Of a stretch of DNA of 64,000 nt, positions 8,411 through 17,678 are shown in pieces. Under the pieces are notes generated by a model. That model was not told the origin of the DNA. It did no database searches and saw only the letters and a program-made list of their open reading frames with translations. Both the position numbers and the translations under genes were made by a program. Within the stretch, counting starts at the first letter, position 1, and each line of letters begins with the position of its first letter. Source of the DNA: Pseudomonadota bacterium (GTDB lineage Bacteria > Bdellovibrionota_B > Oligoflexia > Oligoflexales > CAIYRB01); contig JANOTL010000031.1 in assembly GCA_031416315.1 (NCBI GenBank), forward strand, positions 12,816 to 76,815, given 5' to 3'.

Positions 8411-9841
8411 ATGAGCTTTGAATCCCTCGGCCTTTCCCCCGAGCTCCGCCAGACGGTCAAGGCTCTGGGTTACGCCGCGCCTACACCGGTGCAACGCCAG
8501 GCGATTCCGAAGATTCTGGCGAAGAGCGATCTCATCGCAATTGCCCAGACCGGCACGGGCAAGACGGCGGCGTTCGCGTTGCCTCTTCTGCAAAATTTGT
8601 TGGCCACGCCCCGTAAGCACGCGACGGCGCCGCGCGCCCTCATCCTCACGCCCACGCGCGAGCTCGCGCTGCAGGTCTACGACGACCTCGCGGCCTACGG
8701 CAAAGGCACGGGCCTCACTGGGGTCCTCCTACACGGTGGCGTCAGCTACGGTCCGCAGCTGGAGCGGCTCGAGGCCGGCGTCGACATCGTCGTCGCGACA
8801 CCGGGACGCCTGCGCGACCACATCGAGCAGAAAAACGTCTGGCTCGCCGACCTGGAGATTCTCGTCCTCGACGAGGCCGATCGCATGCTGGACATGGGCT
8901 TCAGCGAGGATGTCGGCGTCATCATCGGCAAGACGGCGCGGCAGCGCCAGACCCTGCTCTTCTCCGCGACGTTCTCCGACGAGGTCCGGAAGCTGGCGCA
9001 GAAGTATCTGGTGAAGCCCGCCTCGATCGAGTCGACGCCGCAGAAGGTGACGGCGCAAAACGTCGTCCACACGCTCCATCCCGTCGACCCGGCGCGGAAG
9101 CTCGACCTGCTCTTCGAGGTCGTGCACAAGCATCTCACCGAGCAGATCCTCGTCTTCGCCCGGACCAAAGACAAGGTCGACGAGGTCGCGAAGGACTTGA
9201 TCTCCCGCGGGCTCGTCGTCATGGCGACGCACGGCGACCGCACGCAGGCGCATCGTACAAAGGCGATGGCGCGCTTCAAGGAGGGCAAGGTGCAGATCCT
9301 CGTCGCGACCGACATCGCGGCGCGAGGGCTCGACACGTCCGACCTTGGCATCGTGGTCAACTACGAGCTGCCGAACGTTCCCGAGGACTACGTGCATCGC
9401 ATCGGGCGCACCGGTCGGGCCGGGAAATCAGGGCTCGCGATCTCGCTCGTGACGCAGGGCGAGCTCAGGCTCCTCGCGCCGATCGAGAAGCTGATCAAAT
9501 TCAAAATTCCGGTCGTGAAGTTCGAGGGGTTCACGCCGCTCACATTCGCGCCGCTCAAGGCGCGGCCGGCGTCGGCGCCGCTGCCGCAGGGCGCCAAGCC
9601 GAACGACCGCGGCGCCAAGCCGAACGACCGCGGCCCGAAGCCCGGTGATCGCGCCAAGCGCCCGCATGACCGCGCCGCGAAGCCCCAAGACCGCTCGCCC
9701 CGCCCTGGAGCTCGCGCCCCCGCTCGCCCCGGCAGCCGTCCGCCCGCGCCGGGCAAGCGCCCGCCCGCGAAATCCGGGGGACCGCAAACCGGCGGCTCCA
9801 GGCCTGGGAAGAAGCCGGCCGGACCGCCCAAGCGACGCTGA
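8411..9841 (+). CDS. rhlE: DEAD-box RNA helicase (RhlE-like)
   Basis: Q motif, AQTGTGKT, PTRELA, TPGR, DEAD, SAT, ARGLD, HRIGRTGR; basic low-complexity tail. Confidence 0.92.
   Translation: MSFESLGLSPELRQTVKALGYAAPTPVQRQAIPKILAKSDLIAIAQTGTGKTAAFALPLLQNLLATPRKHATAPRALILTPTRELALQVYDDLAAYGKGTGLTGVLLHGGVSYGPQLERLEAGVDIVVATPGRLRDHIEQKNVWLADLEILVLDEADRMLDMGFSEDVGVIIGKTARQRQTLLFSATFSDEVRKLAQKYLVKPASIESTPQKVTAQNVVHTLHPVDPARKLDLLFEVVHKHLTEQILVFARTKDKVDEVAKDLISRGLVVMATHGDRTQAHRTKAMARFKEGKVQILVATDIAARGLDTSDLGIVVNYELPNVPEDYVHRIGRTGRAGKSGLAISLVTQGELRLLAPIEKLIKFKIPVVKFEGFTPLTFAPLKARPASAPLPQGAKPNDRGAKPNDRGPKPGDRAKRPHDRAAKPQDRSPRPGARAPARPGSRPPAPGKRPPAKSGGPQTGGSRPGKKPAGPPKRR
9589..9693 (+). repeat. Degenerate ~21-bp coding tandem repeats in helicase tail
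   Basis: ggcgccaagccgaacgaccgc x2 then variants: GAKPNDR GAKPNDR GPKPGDR AKRPHDR AAKPQDR. Confidence 0.75.
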
Positions 9842-9871
9842 GAGACGCGCGGGAATCAGTGGGCGAGGACC

Positions 9872-10939
9872 CTAGGTGCGGCGGCCCGCGGCCCGGGCGC
9901 GGGGCTCCGGGGCTAAAGCCACCGGCTGCGTCGCGACGTCGAGCTTGGCCGCCGGTTTCACGGGACCTTTGGCAGCGCCCGCGCGTTTCACGACCGGCTC
10001 CAAGCTGCGTAGCTCGCGGGCCGCGGCGCCGAGGCTTTTCTTCAAGGCCCGAAGGCCCTCGGCCAAGGCCTCGCGCCCAAGCTCGGCGTATAGCGCGTCG
10101 CGCCGCGCGCCGAGCTCAGTCGCGAGCGCCGCGATCTCGGCATGCGGAACGCCCGGAAGCTCGGTGGCAGCGAGTCGACTCACCTCCTCCGTCAGGACGG
10201 AGAGATCGTTCAAGCCGCCGAGCTGCTCCTGCAGCTCCTTCAACTTCGCCAGCGCGGCCGTCACGGCGACGAGGCGCTTGCCGACCGCGGCTTGCGCCGG
10301 CTCGAGCAGGTAGCGCAAGCGCTTCAAGGCGATCCGCACCCGATGCACGGCCTCGTACGGCTCTTCGGCGGCGACGCCTTTCGCGCGCTCGTCGAGCTCG
10401 CGCTCGTGCTCTAAGAGGCGGTTCCTAAGCTCGCTCGCGAACGAGCTCGTGCCGTCCGATGCGCCCTCGGCGCCGCTCAGTCGACGGCGGAAATCACGCT
10501 CCAACGCGTAAAACTCCGGCAAAGCGGTGCGCTCGACCGCGGCATAGGCTTCAGCCAAGCCGGCGCCGAGCCAACCGCCCAACGCGGTCGCGCCGCGGGC
10601 CGCCACGGCTCCGAGGTGAGCGCGCTCGCGCGTGAGCCGCTCGATCTCCACCTCGCGATCGCGAGGCGCATTTGTCGCCGTCGCGATCTCTTTCAAAGCC
10701 CCGCTCGCGCCCTTGGGCCAGCCGCTGCCGAGCAAAGGCTTGAGGGCGCGCCCGAAGGTCCGAAGCTTTCGAATTCGCACGCGAAAATCATGAAGCGCCT
10801 CGCCGTCCACCTCGTATTCGAGGCGCTTGGCCGCGCGCGCCGCATCGAGAAGCAAGGACCAAGCGAGATAGCGAGCCACACGCTCCGCGGGCCGGGCAAA
10901 GAACTCGTCGCCGAGCAATGTGGGATCCGATCGGTTCAT
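9872..10939 (-). CDS. CHAD domain (polyphosphate-binding) protein
   Basis: EALHDFRVRIRKLRT, RDREV, HRVRIALKRLRY, QEQLGGLNDLSV. Confidence 0.88.
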   Translation of the reverse strand: MNRSDPTLLGDEFFARPAERVARYLAWSLLLDAARAAKRLEYEVDGEALHDFRVRIRKLRTFGRALKPLLGSGWPKGASGALKEIATATNAPRDREVEIERLTRERAHLGAVAARGATALGGWLGAGLAEAYAAVERTALPEFYALERDFRRRLSGAEGASDGTSSFASELRNRLLEHERELDERAKGVAAEEPYEAVHRVRIALKRLRYLLEPAQAAVGKRLVAVTAALAKLKELQEQLGGLNDLSVLTEEVSRLAATELPGVPHAEIAALATELGARRDALYAELGREALAEGLRALKKSLGAAARELRSLEPVVKRAGAAKGPVKPAAKLDVATQPVALAPEPRARAAGRRT

Positions 10940-11241
10940 CCCACGGATATACCACCGGCTCGGCACGCCCGTCTGCCCCAATGTAATCATTTGGAATTTC
11001 AGGCAAATTTCGCGGCCAAAGACGACCGTGCGATCGCCCTCGCTACTTAGCCCCAAGAGCGCCGCCTGACCTTCCCGCTCCAGTTACGCAACGAGCTGAC
11101 GGATCTTCGCGTTCGTGGTGCGAGTCCTGCGCGAGAATGCGCCGTCGGTTGCGAGCGCGGCGCGCCAGCCGTTGCGGCGCCAGCTTTGGCATTGTGGTAA
11201 AAATTCAGGACACATGTCAGTTGAATCAGGAGCCTCTGCCA

Positions 11242-12108
11242 GTGGAAACGCGCGTCATTCCAGGGAAGAAAGTCGACCTCGCCGACTGGCCGACGGACGG
11301 CCGTGACGCGTTCGCGTCGAAAGAAGCGGGGCAGGAGGCGCTCGCCGCATCCATTGAGCGCATGGCGGAGCTTCAATACAAGCTCTATGCGACGAATGCG
11401 CGCTCGCTCTTGATCGTGCTGCAAGGAATGGACGCGTCGGGAAAGGACAGCCTGATCCGCCACGTGATGACCGGCCTGAATCCGCAGGGGATCGGGGTCT
11501 CGAGCTTCAAGACGCCGACTGCCGAAGAGCTCGACCACGACTTCCTTTGGCGCTACCACCGGTCGACCCCGCGCCGCGGCTCCATCGCGCTCTTCAATCG
11601 CTCGCACTACGAGGACGTCCTCATCACGCGAGTGCATCCAGAGCTCGTCGTCAACGCGCACCCCCCGGGCGTAGCGCGCGTCGGCGACCTCGACGAGGCT
11701 TTCTGGAAGCAGCGTCTGAAGAGCATCGTCGCGTTCGAGCGCCAGCTGGTCGACGGCGGCACCGTCATCTGCAAATTCTATCTACACCTGTCGAAATCGG
11801 AGCAGCGGCAGCGCTTTCTCGAGCGGATCGACGAGGCCGAGAAGAACTGGAAATTCTCGACCTCCGACGTCGAAGAGCGCGCCTACTGGGACGAGTACAA
11901 GCACGCCTACGAGAAGGCGATCGAAGCAACGTCGACTGAGGCGGCGCCGTGGCACATCGTCCCTGCCGACCGCAAATGGGCGACCCGCGCCATGGTCGCG
12001 AAGGTCGTAGTCGACGCGCTTGAGGCGCTCGATCTACAGATTCCGCCGCTTTCGCCCGAGGCCATCGAACGGCTCGAGAGCGCGCGCCGGAGTCTCGGTC
12101 CGGAATGA
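11242..12108 (+). CDS. ppk2: Polyphosphate kinase 2 family (class III-like)
   Basis: QGMDASGKD, HDFLWRY, FNRSHYEDVL, KNWKFS, APWHIVPADRKW; AGGAG before GTG 11242. Confidence 0.93.
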   Translation: METRVIPGKKVDLADWPTDGRDAFASKEAGQEALAASIERMAELQYKLYATNARSLLIVLQGMDASGKDSLIRHVMTGLNPQGIGVSSFKTPTAEELDHDFLWRYHRSTPRRGSIALFNRSHYEDVLITRVHPELVVNAHPPGVARVGDLDEAFWKQRLKSIVAFERQLVDGGTVICKFYLHLSKSEQRQRFLERIDEAEKNWKFSTSDVEERAYWDEYKHAYEKAIEATSTEAAPWHIVPADRKWATRAMVAKVVVDALEALDLQIPPLSPEAIERLESARRSLGPE

Positions 12109-13292
12109 GTGCCGCGCCTCTTGTCCTTGGGCTCGCGCCGATGGAAGGCGTCACGTCGTTCGCGGCGCGGCTCTTCTTCCGCCTCGCGAGTGCGCCCGTT
12201 AGCCTGGCGACGCCTTTTCTGCGCGTCACGAAGACGTTCCCGCCGCGCGTTTGGCCGGAGGACTTCGCGCCGGAGCTGACGCTGGCAGCCCGCGGCATAC
12301 CCGGCGTCTTGCCGCCCGTCGTGCAACTGATGGCGGCCTGCGTCGACGATTTTTTGCGCGCCGCGGCGCTCCTGCCCCGGGATGCGGTGCCCTTCGTCGA
12401 GCTGAACGCCGGCTGCCCGTCGCCCGTCTGCGTCGGCAAAGGTGCCGGCAGCAGCATGCTGAAAGATCCGAACGAGCTCGCCCGGACCATCGAAAAGCTG
12501 GTGCGCGAGCTCGGTCCGGGGCGGTTCGCCTTGAAGATGCGGACGGGATTTGCTGAGCACGCGGAGTTTCCCGCGCTCCTCGCCGGCGTTGCGACGCTGC
12601 CTTTGGCGCGCTTGACCGTGCACGGCCGCACGCGCCCCCAAGGCTACAAGGGTCGCGCGCGATGGGACCTGATCGCTACGGCTGCCAAAGCAGCCGTCGC
12701 ACCGGTCTTCGCTTCGGGAGACGTCGTCGACCATGCGTCGTACGTGACGTTGCGCCGTGAGGCACCCGGGATCTCCGGCGCGCTCGTCGGCCGGGGCGCG
12801 CTGCGCAATCCTTGGGTCTTCCAAGAGCTCGAGACGGGAGAAGCCGTCTGTCTGCCGCGCCGCGCGCTGACGGAGGCGCTCGTCGCCTTCGCGCTCTTGC
12901 AAGACCTCGAGCACGATCACCGCGAGATCTTATTCGGCCTCGCCGAGCGCGGCCTTGGCACGGTTTGCGCCGGAACGGACGCGGAGCGTTGGGCCGAGGT
13001 GGTCGATCTTCTCTCGTCTCTCCATCCGAGCGGGCCTTGGCCGCGCAATGCGCTGGAGCGTGCCGCCGCCTACCCGCTCGACCGCACGACGATCGGTCGC
13101 GCGAAAATGCTTTGGAGCTACCTCCGTAGCAGCCTTCCCGCCGCGTTCTTTTCCCCCGAGACGATGCGGGCCAAGACGGTGGGGGAGCTGATCTTTAGGA
13201 TCGACGCCCTCGCCGCTTCTACGGGTGCGTCCATTTTCACGATGCGGCACGACCCCGCGATCGACTGGCTTTACGCCGGCGGCAAGCGGTAA
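12105..13292 (+). CDS. dus: tRNA-dihydrouridine synthase family protein
   Basis: LAPMEGVT, ELNAGCP, HGRT, GRGALRNPW; ATGA coupling to ppk2. Confidence 0.88.
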   Translation: MSAAPLVLGLAPMEGVTSFAARLFFRLASAPVSLATPFLRVTKTFPPRVWPEDFAPELTLAARGIPGVLPPVVQLMAACVDDFLRAAALLPRDAVPFVELNAGCPSPVCVGKGAGSSMLKDPNELARTIEKLVRELGPGRFALKMRTGFAEHAEFPALLAGVATLPLARLTVHGRTRPQGYKGRARWDLIATAAKAAVAPVFASGDVVDHASYVTLRREAPGISGALVGRGALRNPWVFQELETGEAVCLPRRALTEALVAFALLQDLEHDHREILFGLAERGLGTVCAGTDAERWAEVVDLLSSLHPSGPWPRNALERAAAYPLDRTTIGRAKMLWSYLRSSLPAAFFSPETMRAKTVGELIFRIDALAASTGASIFTMRHDPAIDWLYAGGKR

Positions 13293-13882
13293 CGGACGAG
13301 CAGAAACCGTGTCCACCCGGCGAGGAGGAAGAGCACCATCCAGGTCAGGAGCATCGCGCCCACCGGTCTCTGCGCGGTGCGCGCGAGCTCCACGAGCAGC
13401 GGGAAATTGTAGAGCCCGTGCGCTAGGACCGGCACGAAGAACGCCTTGAGCCGCGCGACGGCGCTCTTGGTCTCGTGCGCCGCCCAAAGATAGTGGGCCA
13501 TCAAGGCGCCGAGGAAGAGGTGGCAGGGGATCGCCGTGAAAATCCGCATCAAACCGACGTGCGGACCGACGCGGAGCGCGTAGATCACGGTCTCGATCAG
13601 GGCGAAGCCCAGGCCGACGCCCGCGCCGATCGCCATGGTCGGGACCGCGCCGCGGCGGATCGCGCGGCGTCCGGGGCTCGAACGCAGGACGAGGAGCAGG
13701 GCGACGAGCTTGAAGAGCTCCTCGGGCAAAGCCGCATTGACGAAGGCGCGGAAGAAGGCCTCGCCGAAGCGCCCGGGAAAATGCCCGGCCAAAGTCGCGA
13801 TCGGCTCGCCCAGCGCCAGGACTGGTAGGGCCACGAGGGCGCCCGCGGCGAGCGAGACGGCGAAGCCGGGGGCGCCGCTCAT
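13271..13882 (-). CDS. prsW: PrsW family intramembrane protease
   Basis: ALPEELFK, GLGFALIET, PCH, HGLYN; multiple TM segments. Confidence 0.85.
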   Translation of the reverse strand: MSGAPGFAVSLAAGALVALPVLALGEPIATLAGHFPGRFGEAFFRAFVNAALPEELFKLVALLLVLRSSPGRRAIRRGAVPTMAIGAGVGLGFALIETVIYALRVGPHVGLMRIFTAIPCHLFLGALMAHYLWAAHETKSAVARLKAFFVPVLAHGLYNFPLLVELARTAQRPVGAMLLTWMVLFLLAGWTRFLLVRYRLPPA

Positions 13883-14637
13883 TGGCTCAGATCCCAGGTG
13901 TGCGTACCCCCGCGCCCATTGAGCTTCAGCGCCTTGAAGCGTTGGCGCCGGCTCCCCGCGCCCTCGAGCCCGTTGCAGTCCTTTTGCCGCACAACGAAGC
14001 CCGCATGCTTGGCGATGCAGAACTCCATGCCGCTCACGTCGTCACCCCAGCGGGCGGAGCCGTCCTTCGTCTCGGCATAGACGTAGATCGGCGGCTTCAG
14101 ATTCTTCACCGCCAGCTGGCATTCGCCCTGCGCCTGCGGAAACCAGCCCCGAGCGACCCAGTCGTCGCGCAGGTCGTCGTAATACGCGACGGCGGCGAAG
14201 ACACGCGCATCTTCGGTGTTGTTGCAGATCTCGACCGCATAGGACTCGCCGGCGCCGATGAGCTTCGCCTCCTGCGCCGTCTCGCCGGCGAGGTCATGGC
14301 CAAAATACACGAGAAAACAAAGGATAACGCCGCCCAAAAGGACCAGGGGCAACGCGTCGGAGACGACCCAGACGCGACCTTTCGGGGCGCCCCCGCCGCT
14401 ATCGGCGGAGACCTCGAGGACGAAGAGGCCGGGGACGGCGCGTGCGTCGACCCACTCGGGAAAGCTCGCGTTCCAGACGCGGTCGTGCGGCCGGATCTCG
14501 CCCGAACGCGTCTTCTCGACCAGCTCCGCGCGCGACAGCGGGCCGAGCGTGACGCCGTCGCGTGCGCTATACCAGCGCTCGCGCGGCTCGCTCGGGGTCT
14601 CGGTCGGAAGGCGCTCGGGAGCGTTAGCGTCGGCCAC
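13879..14637 (-). CDS. Bitopic protein: GYF_2 (DUF4339) + TM + DUF1036-like domain
   Basis: WY...GPLSRAEL...DRVW..FPEW; TM; EICNNT...AAVAYY...WVARGWF...GEC. Confidence 0.8.
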   Translation of the reverse strand: MADANAPERLPTETPSEPRERWYSARDGVTLGPLSRAELVEKTRSGEIRPHDRVWNASFPEWVDARAVPGLFVLEVSADSGGGAPKGRVWVVSDALPLVLLGGVILCFLVYFGHDLAGETAQEAKLIGAGESYAVEICNNTEDARVFAAVAYYDDLRDDWVARGWFPQAQGECQLAVKNLKPPIYVYAETKDGSARWGDDVSGMEFCIAKHAGFVVRQKDCNGLEGAGSRRQRFKALKLNGRGGTHTWDLSQ

Positions 14638-14664
14638 AGTGATTCTCCAGGACTTCTGGAGGCT

Positions 14665-14691
14665 TTTTCGGCGCGGCCCAGGGGAGGTTGA
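14665..14691 (-). promoter_or_regulatory. Putative sigma28 promoter for GYF_2-prsW operon
   Basis: Minus strand TCAA-N15-GCCGAAAA, 27 nt upstream of GTG start. Confidence 0.6.
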
Positions 14692-14798
14692 GGAAAGCTC
14701 GCAAAGGCGTATGGAATCAGACGCAGTTTCGGGCGCTTAGACGGTCACGGCGCGCGCTCCGGAGCCACGCCCGTGTCCTCGAGGGCACAGGCAAGCGC

Positions 14799-14842
14799 GC
14801 GATTTCGGCGCGATTTGCGGTGAAATTACGGCGCAATTGCCG
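14799..14842. promoter_or_regulatory. Four imperfect 11-bp direct repeats (possible regulator site)
   Basis: gcgatttcggc/gcgatttgcgg/tgaaattacgg/cgcaattgccg upstream of the OM protein gene. Confidence 0.35.
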
Positions 14843-14903
14843 GGGCCTCGGATTTGCAATGACGCCTTGGTACCGGCCGCTCATGCACTTCGGAGACGCC
14901 CGC

Positions 14904-15686
14904 ATGCTCAAGACCGCAGCCCTCGGCCTCGCGCTCCTCGTCACAGCTCCCGCGCTCGCCGACGGAGCGGCCGGCCAGACGGCGACAAGGGCGGGGCGCG
15001 CCTACTTCGGCTTCGGCGCCGGCGGCGGCTCGATCGCCTCGCGCACCCTCCTCGACTCAAAGGCGGAGCGTGCCGGAAAGACCGGCTTCGCCGCCGGCGT
15101 CGGCGAGCTCAGCTGCGGCTACCACTTCTCCGAACGCTTTTCCCTCGGCCTCGTCGGCCAGTCGCTGGAGTTCGCGCCCTTTGCGAAAGACGATTCCAGC
15201 TCGGCGCCGACCTGGAGCGGCGGCGCCGGCGGCGTCCTGCTTACGGCGGCGTCTCACCGCGTCTTCGTTCGCACCGGCATCCTCCTCGGCAGCGTCGAGG
15301 AAAGCCGCCACGCCGGCCGCGCGCGCTCCGAGCGCGGCACCGAGACGACGAACCGCGAAGGCTTCGTCGGTGGTCGCGCCGAGCTCGGGGTCACGCTTGT
15401 CCGCACCGAGCGCCTCGACGTGACGCTGGCCGGCGGCGTTCAGCCGATGCTGCTCGAGCAGTCGCCCGGCGCCGGCCTCGACCGCCGCCTTTATTTCTCG
15501 CGCGCCAGCCTCGAGCTCAGCTTCCATCCGGACGGCTCCGGCAGCACCGCGCCTCGAGGATACTACGCTTGGAATTGCTATGGCTGTGGCGACGGCCTCT
15601 ACTACGCCGGCCGCGGCTTGGTCGAGCTGGGGTCCATCCTCGGACGCGCGACCGCCAACGGGATCTTTAGAGTTCTCGTGCGCTGA
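14904..15686 (+). CDS. Putative small outer-membrane beta-barrel protein
   Basis: GGAG RBS; signal peptide; amphipathic Gly/aromatic strands; C-terminal CYGC segment. Confidence 0.6.
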   Translation: MLKTAALGLALLVTAPALADGAAGQTATRAGRAYFGFGAGGGSIASRTLLDSKAERAGKTGFAAGVGELSCGYHFSERFSLGLVGQSLEFAPFAKDDSSSAPTWSGGAGGVLLTAASHRVFVRTGILLGSVEESRHAGRARSERGTETTNREGFVGGRAELGVTLVRTERLDVTLAGGVQPMLLEQSPGAGLDRRLYFSRASLELSFHPDGSGSTAPRGYYAWNCYGCGDGLYYAGRGLVELGSILGRATANGIFRVLVR

Positions 15687-15733
15687 TCTATGCTTTGCTC
15701 CAGCTGGTAGGCGCAACCGCTGGAGGAATCGCG

Positions 15734-16639
15734 ATGGTGCTGACGCTTTCCGCAGGAGACGCGCGCGCCACGGTCTTGCCCGAGCGCGGTGGCCTGGTGA
15801 GCGCGCTCTCTCTGAGGCCTTTGCGCGGAGGCTCTGCCCGCGAGATCTTGTGGACGGCGGCCGAGCTCGGGCTCGACGAGAGCGGATGGCCGGGTGGCGG
15901 ACTACCGGTGCTTTTCCCGTTCGCGGGGCGCGTTTTTCACGAAGGGCGGCCGCTGTGCTACGAGCTCGGCGGGGTCGAACGCAGCATGCCGATCCACGGC
16001 TTCGCTTACGGCATGCCGTGGGAGATCGCGGCGCAAAGCGCGGATTCGGCGCGGCTCAGCTTGCGGCCGACGGCGGCGACGTTGCGGCTCTTTCCGTTCG
16101 CGTTCGAGGTCGAGCTCGAGCTCGAGCTCAGCGCTTCCGCGCTTCGCGTCGTCCTCACGGCGAAGCACGCGGCGAGTGCGCCTCGAGGTGTACGAATGCC
16201 GGTGGCGATGGGCCTGCATCCCTACTTTCGCGCGCCGCTGGCGACGGGAGCCTTGAGCGACGTCCGCCTTTTGACGAGCGCGTGTACGAAGGTCGCCGTG
16301 ACGAACGCGGGGGCTGCAGGGCGAGCCAGCCCTCTCGGATACGCGGATGCGACGGAGCGCGGCATCGCGTTGTCGGAAACGGAGACCAGGAGCCTGATTC
16401 TGGTTGACCACGCGGCGCCAGCAGCGGCGCTAAGGGACGCGGGGCCTGATCAGCTGGAATTGGCTTGGGGCGGGGATTTCAAGACACTGGTTCTATGGCG
16501 TCAGGAAGGTGCCGGGTTTCAGTGCGTGGAGCCCTGGATGGGGCTGCCCGATGCCGTTGGCGCAGGGGCGGCGGGTGGGACGCGGTGGCTGGAGCCTGGG
16601 GAAAGTGCCTGGGGAGAGTTCAGGATCGTACTTGCGTGA
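15734..16639 (+). CDS. Aldose 1-epimerase / galactose mutarotase-like
   Basis: GGLPVLFPFAGR, PIHGFA, FPFAF, GLHPYF, CVEPW. Confidence 0.88.
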   Translation: MVLTLSAGDARATVLPERGGLVSALSLRPLRGGSAREILWTAAELGLDESGWPGGGLPVLFPFAGRVFHEGRPLCYELGGVERSMPIHGFAYGMPWEIAAQSADSARLSLRPTAATLRLFPFAFEVELELELSASALRVVLTAKHAASAPRGVRMPVAMGLHPYFRAPLATGALSDVRLLTSACTKVAVTNAGAAGRASPLGYADATERGIALSETETRSLILVDHAAPAAALRDAGPDQLELAWGGDFKTLVLWRQEGAGFQCVEPWMGLPDAVGAGAAGGTRWLEPGESAWGEFRIVLA

Positions 16640-16695
16640 GGTGGGGACAAGCGGGAGCGGGGATGGCGCGGGCCACATGCATTTTCGGGAGCAAT

Positions 16696-17565
16696 CTAGA
16701 CGATTCTGATCCGTCTCGGCCGCCCCTCGACCCCAGGCTCCAGCTCGACCCGGTACTTCGCCCGCCCCTCGACGGCCAAGCTCGGCTCGCCCGCCAAGGA
16801 AATTTCTTGCCCCGGCCGCAGCGCGAGGATGTCGCGCAGCGACAGCTCGGTCGCGCCGAGCTCCGCGGCAATCTCTACGAAAGCGCTGCTCAAGGCGCGC
16901 GTCAAGGCTTCCCGCGAAGCGGCGCCAGGCCCTGCGTTCTGCTCCGCCTCGGCACGGCGCTTTTTCTCCTCCGACAAGATCGCGAGACACGCAGCCGGAA
17001 AGATCAGATCGACCACGCCGCTCGCGGCGCCGTCCTCCAGTCGAAAGCGGCTCCGGACGACGCGGTCTTCGTCGCGGACGATCGGCGCCATATCGATCCC
17101 GACCTCGTGGCGCGTCAGTTTTAGGGCCAGCGGCTCGCCGTCGAAAAGGCCGGTCTCCATGACGTCGAGGGCGCCCTGCGCCAAACGGCGAAGGAGCGCC
17201 GCGCCTAGGCCGCGGGGAGCATCCTCGTACGCTCGCGGGTGCGTTTTCGGCGCGACGCCGCCTCCGTGCATCAGCTGGATCAAGAGCTCGGAGGCCCTTG
17301 GGCTGAAGACCATGAGGCCCGGAGCATGAAGCGTCTGCGAGCGGAAGACGAAAACCATCCTCGGCCCGCCGAGAGCGGCGGCGAAGGCGCCGAATTGGTC
17401 CTCGTGCGCGCCTTCGCTCTCGATGACGATGCGGCGCATCGCGAGCCCGGCCAGAGCTTTGGCCCAGAAAGCCGCGAAACGGCGCCACTCGTCGCGGAAC
17501 GGATCGTGGCCGCCGCGGCCTCGGCCGCGGCCGTCGTAGCGGCGTGTTTGGGAACGATGGCTCAC
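16696..17565 (-). CDS. FliM-like protein with C-terminal FliMN/SpoA domain
   Basis: VEIAAELGATELSLRDILALRPGQEISL...AVEG; start uncertain (GTG 17565 or ATG 17439). Confidence 0.65.
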   Translation of the reverse strand: MSHRSQTRRYDGRGRGRGGHDPFRDEWRRFAAFWAKALAGLAMRRIVIESEGAHEDQFGAFAAALGGPRMVFVFRSQTLHAPGLMVFSPRASELLIQLMHGGGVAPKTHPRAYEDAPRGLGAALLRRLAQGALDVMETGLFDGEPLALKLTRHEVGIDMAPIVRDEDRVVRSRFRLEDGAASGVVDLIFPAACLAILSEEKKRRAEAEQNAGPGAASREALTRALSSAFVEIAAELGATELSLRDILALRPGQEISLAGEPSLAVEGRAKYRVELEPGVEGRPRRIRIV

Positions 17566-17571
17566 GCCGTC

Positions 17572-17599
17572 TTTTCGGCATGGACCATGCGCGCCTTGT
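17572..17599 (-). promoter_or_regulatory. Putative sigma28 promoter for fliM-like gene
   Basis: Minus strand ACAAG-N15-GCCGAAAA. Confidence 0.5.
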
Positions 17600-17644
17600 G
17601 GCGCGCGCCGCGCCGGCCATCCCCGGGAAACTCGGGCCGTACGC

Positions 17645-17670
17645 AAAAACCCCGGCTTTCGCCGGGGTTT
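17645..17670 (-). terminator. Rho-independent terminator
   Basis: Minus strand AAACCCCGGC-GAAA-GCCGGGG-TTTTT just after the stop at 17679. Confidence 0.85.
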
Positions 17671-17678
17671 GTCGATGC

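Noticed and set aside
10980..11105. Pho box between CHAD and ppk2
   Set aside because: Only weak, irregularly spaced half-sites
16430..16680. G-rich stretch as G-quadruplex or foreign DNA
   Set aside because: Mostly coding (epimerase 3' end); G-runs are expected at this GC level
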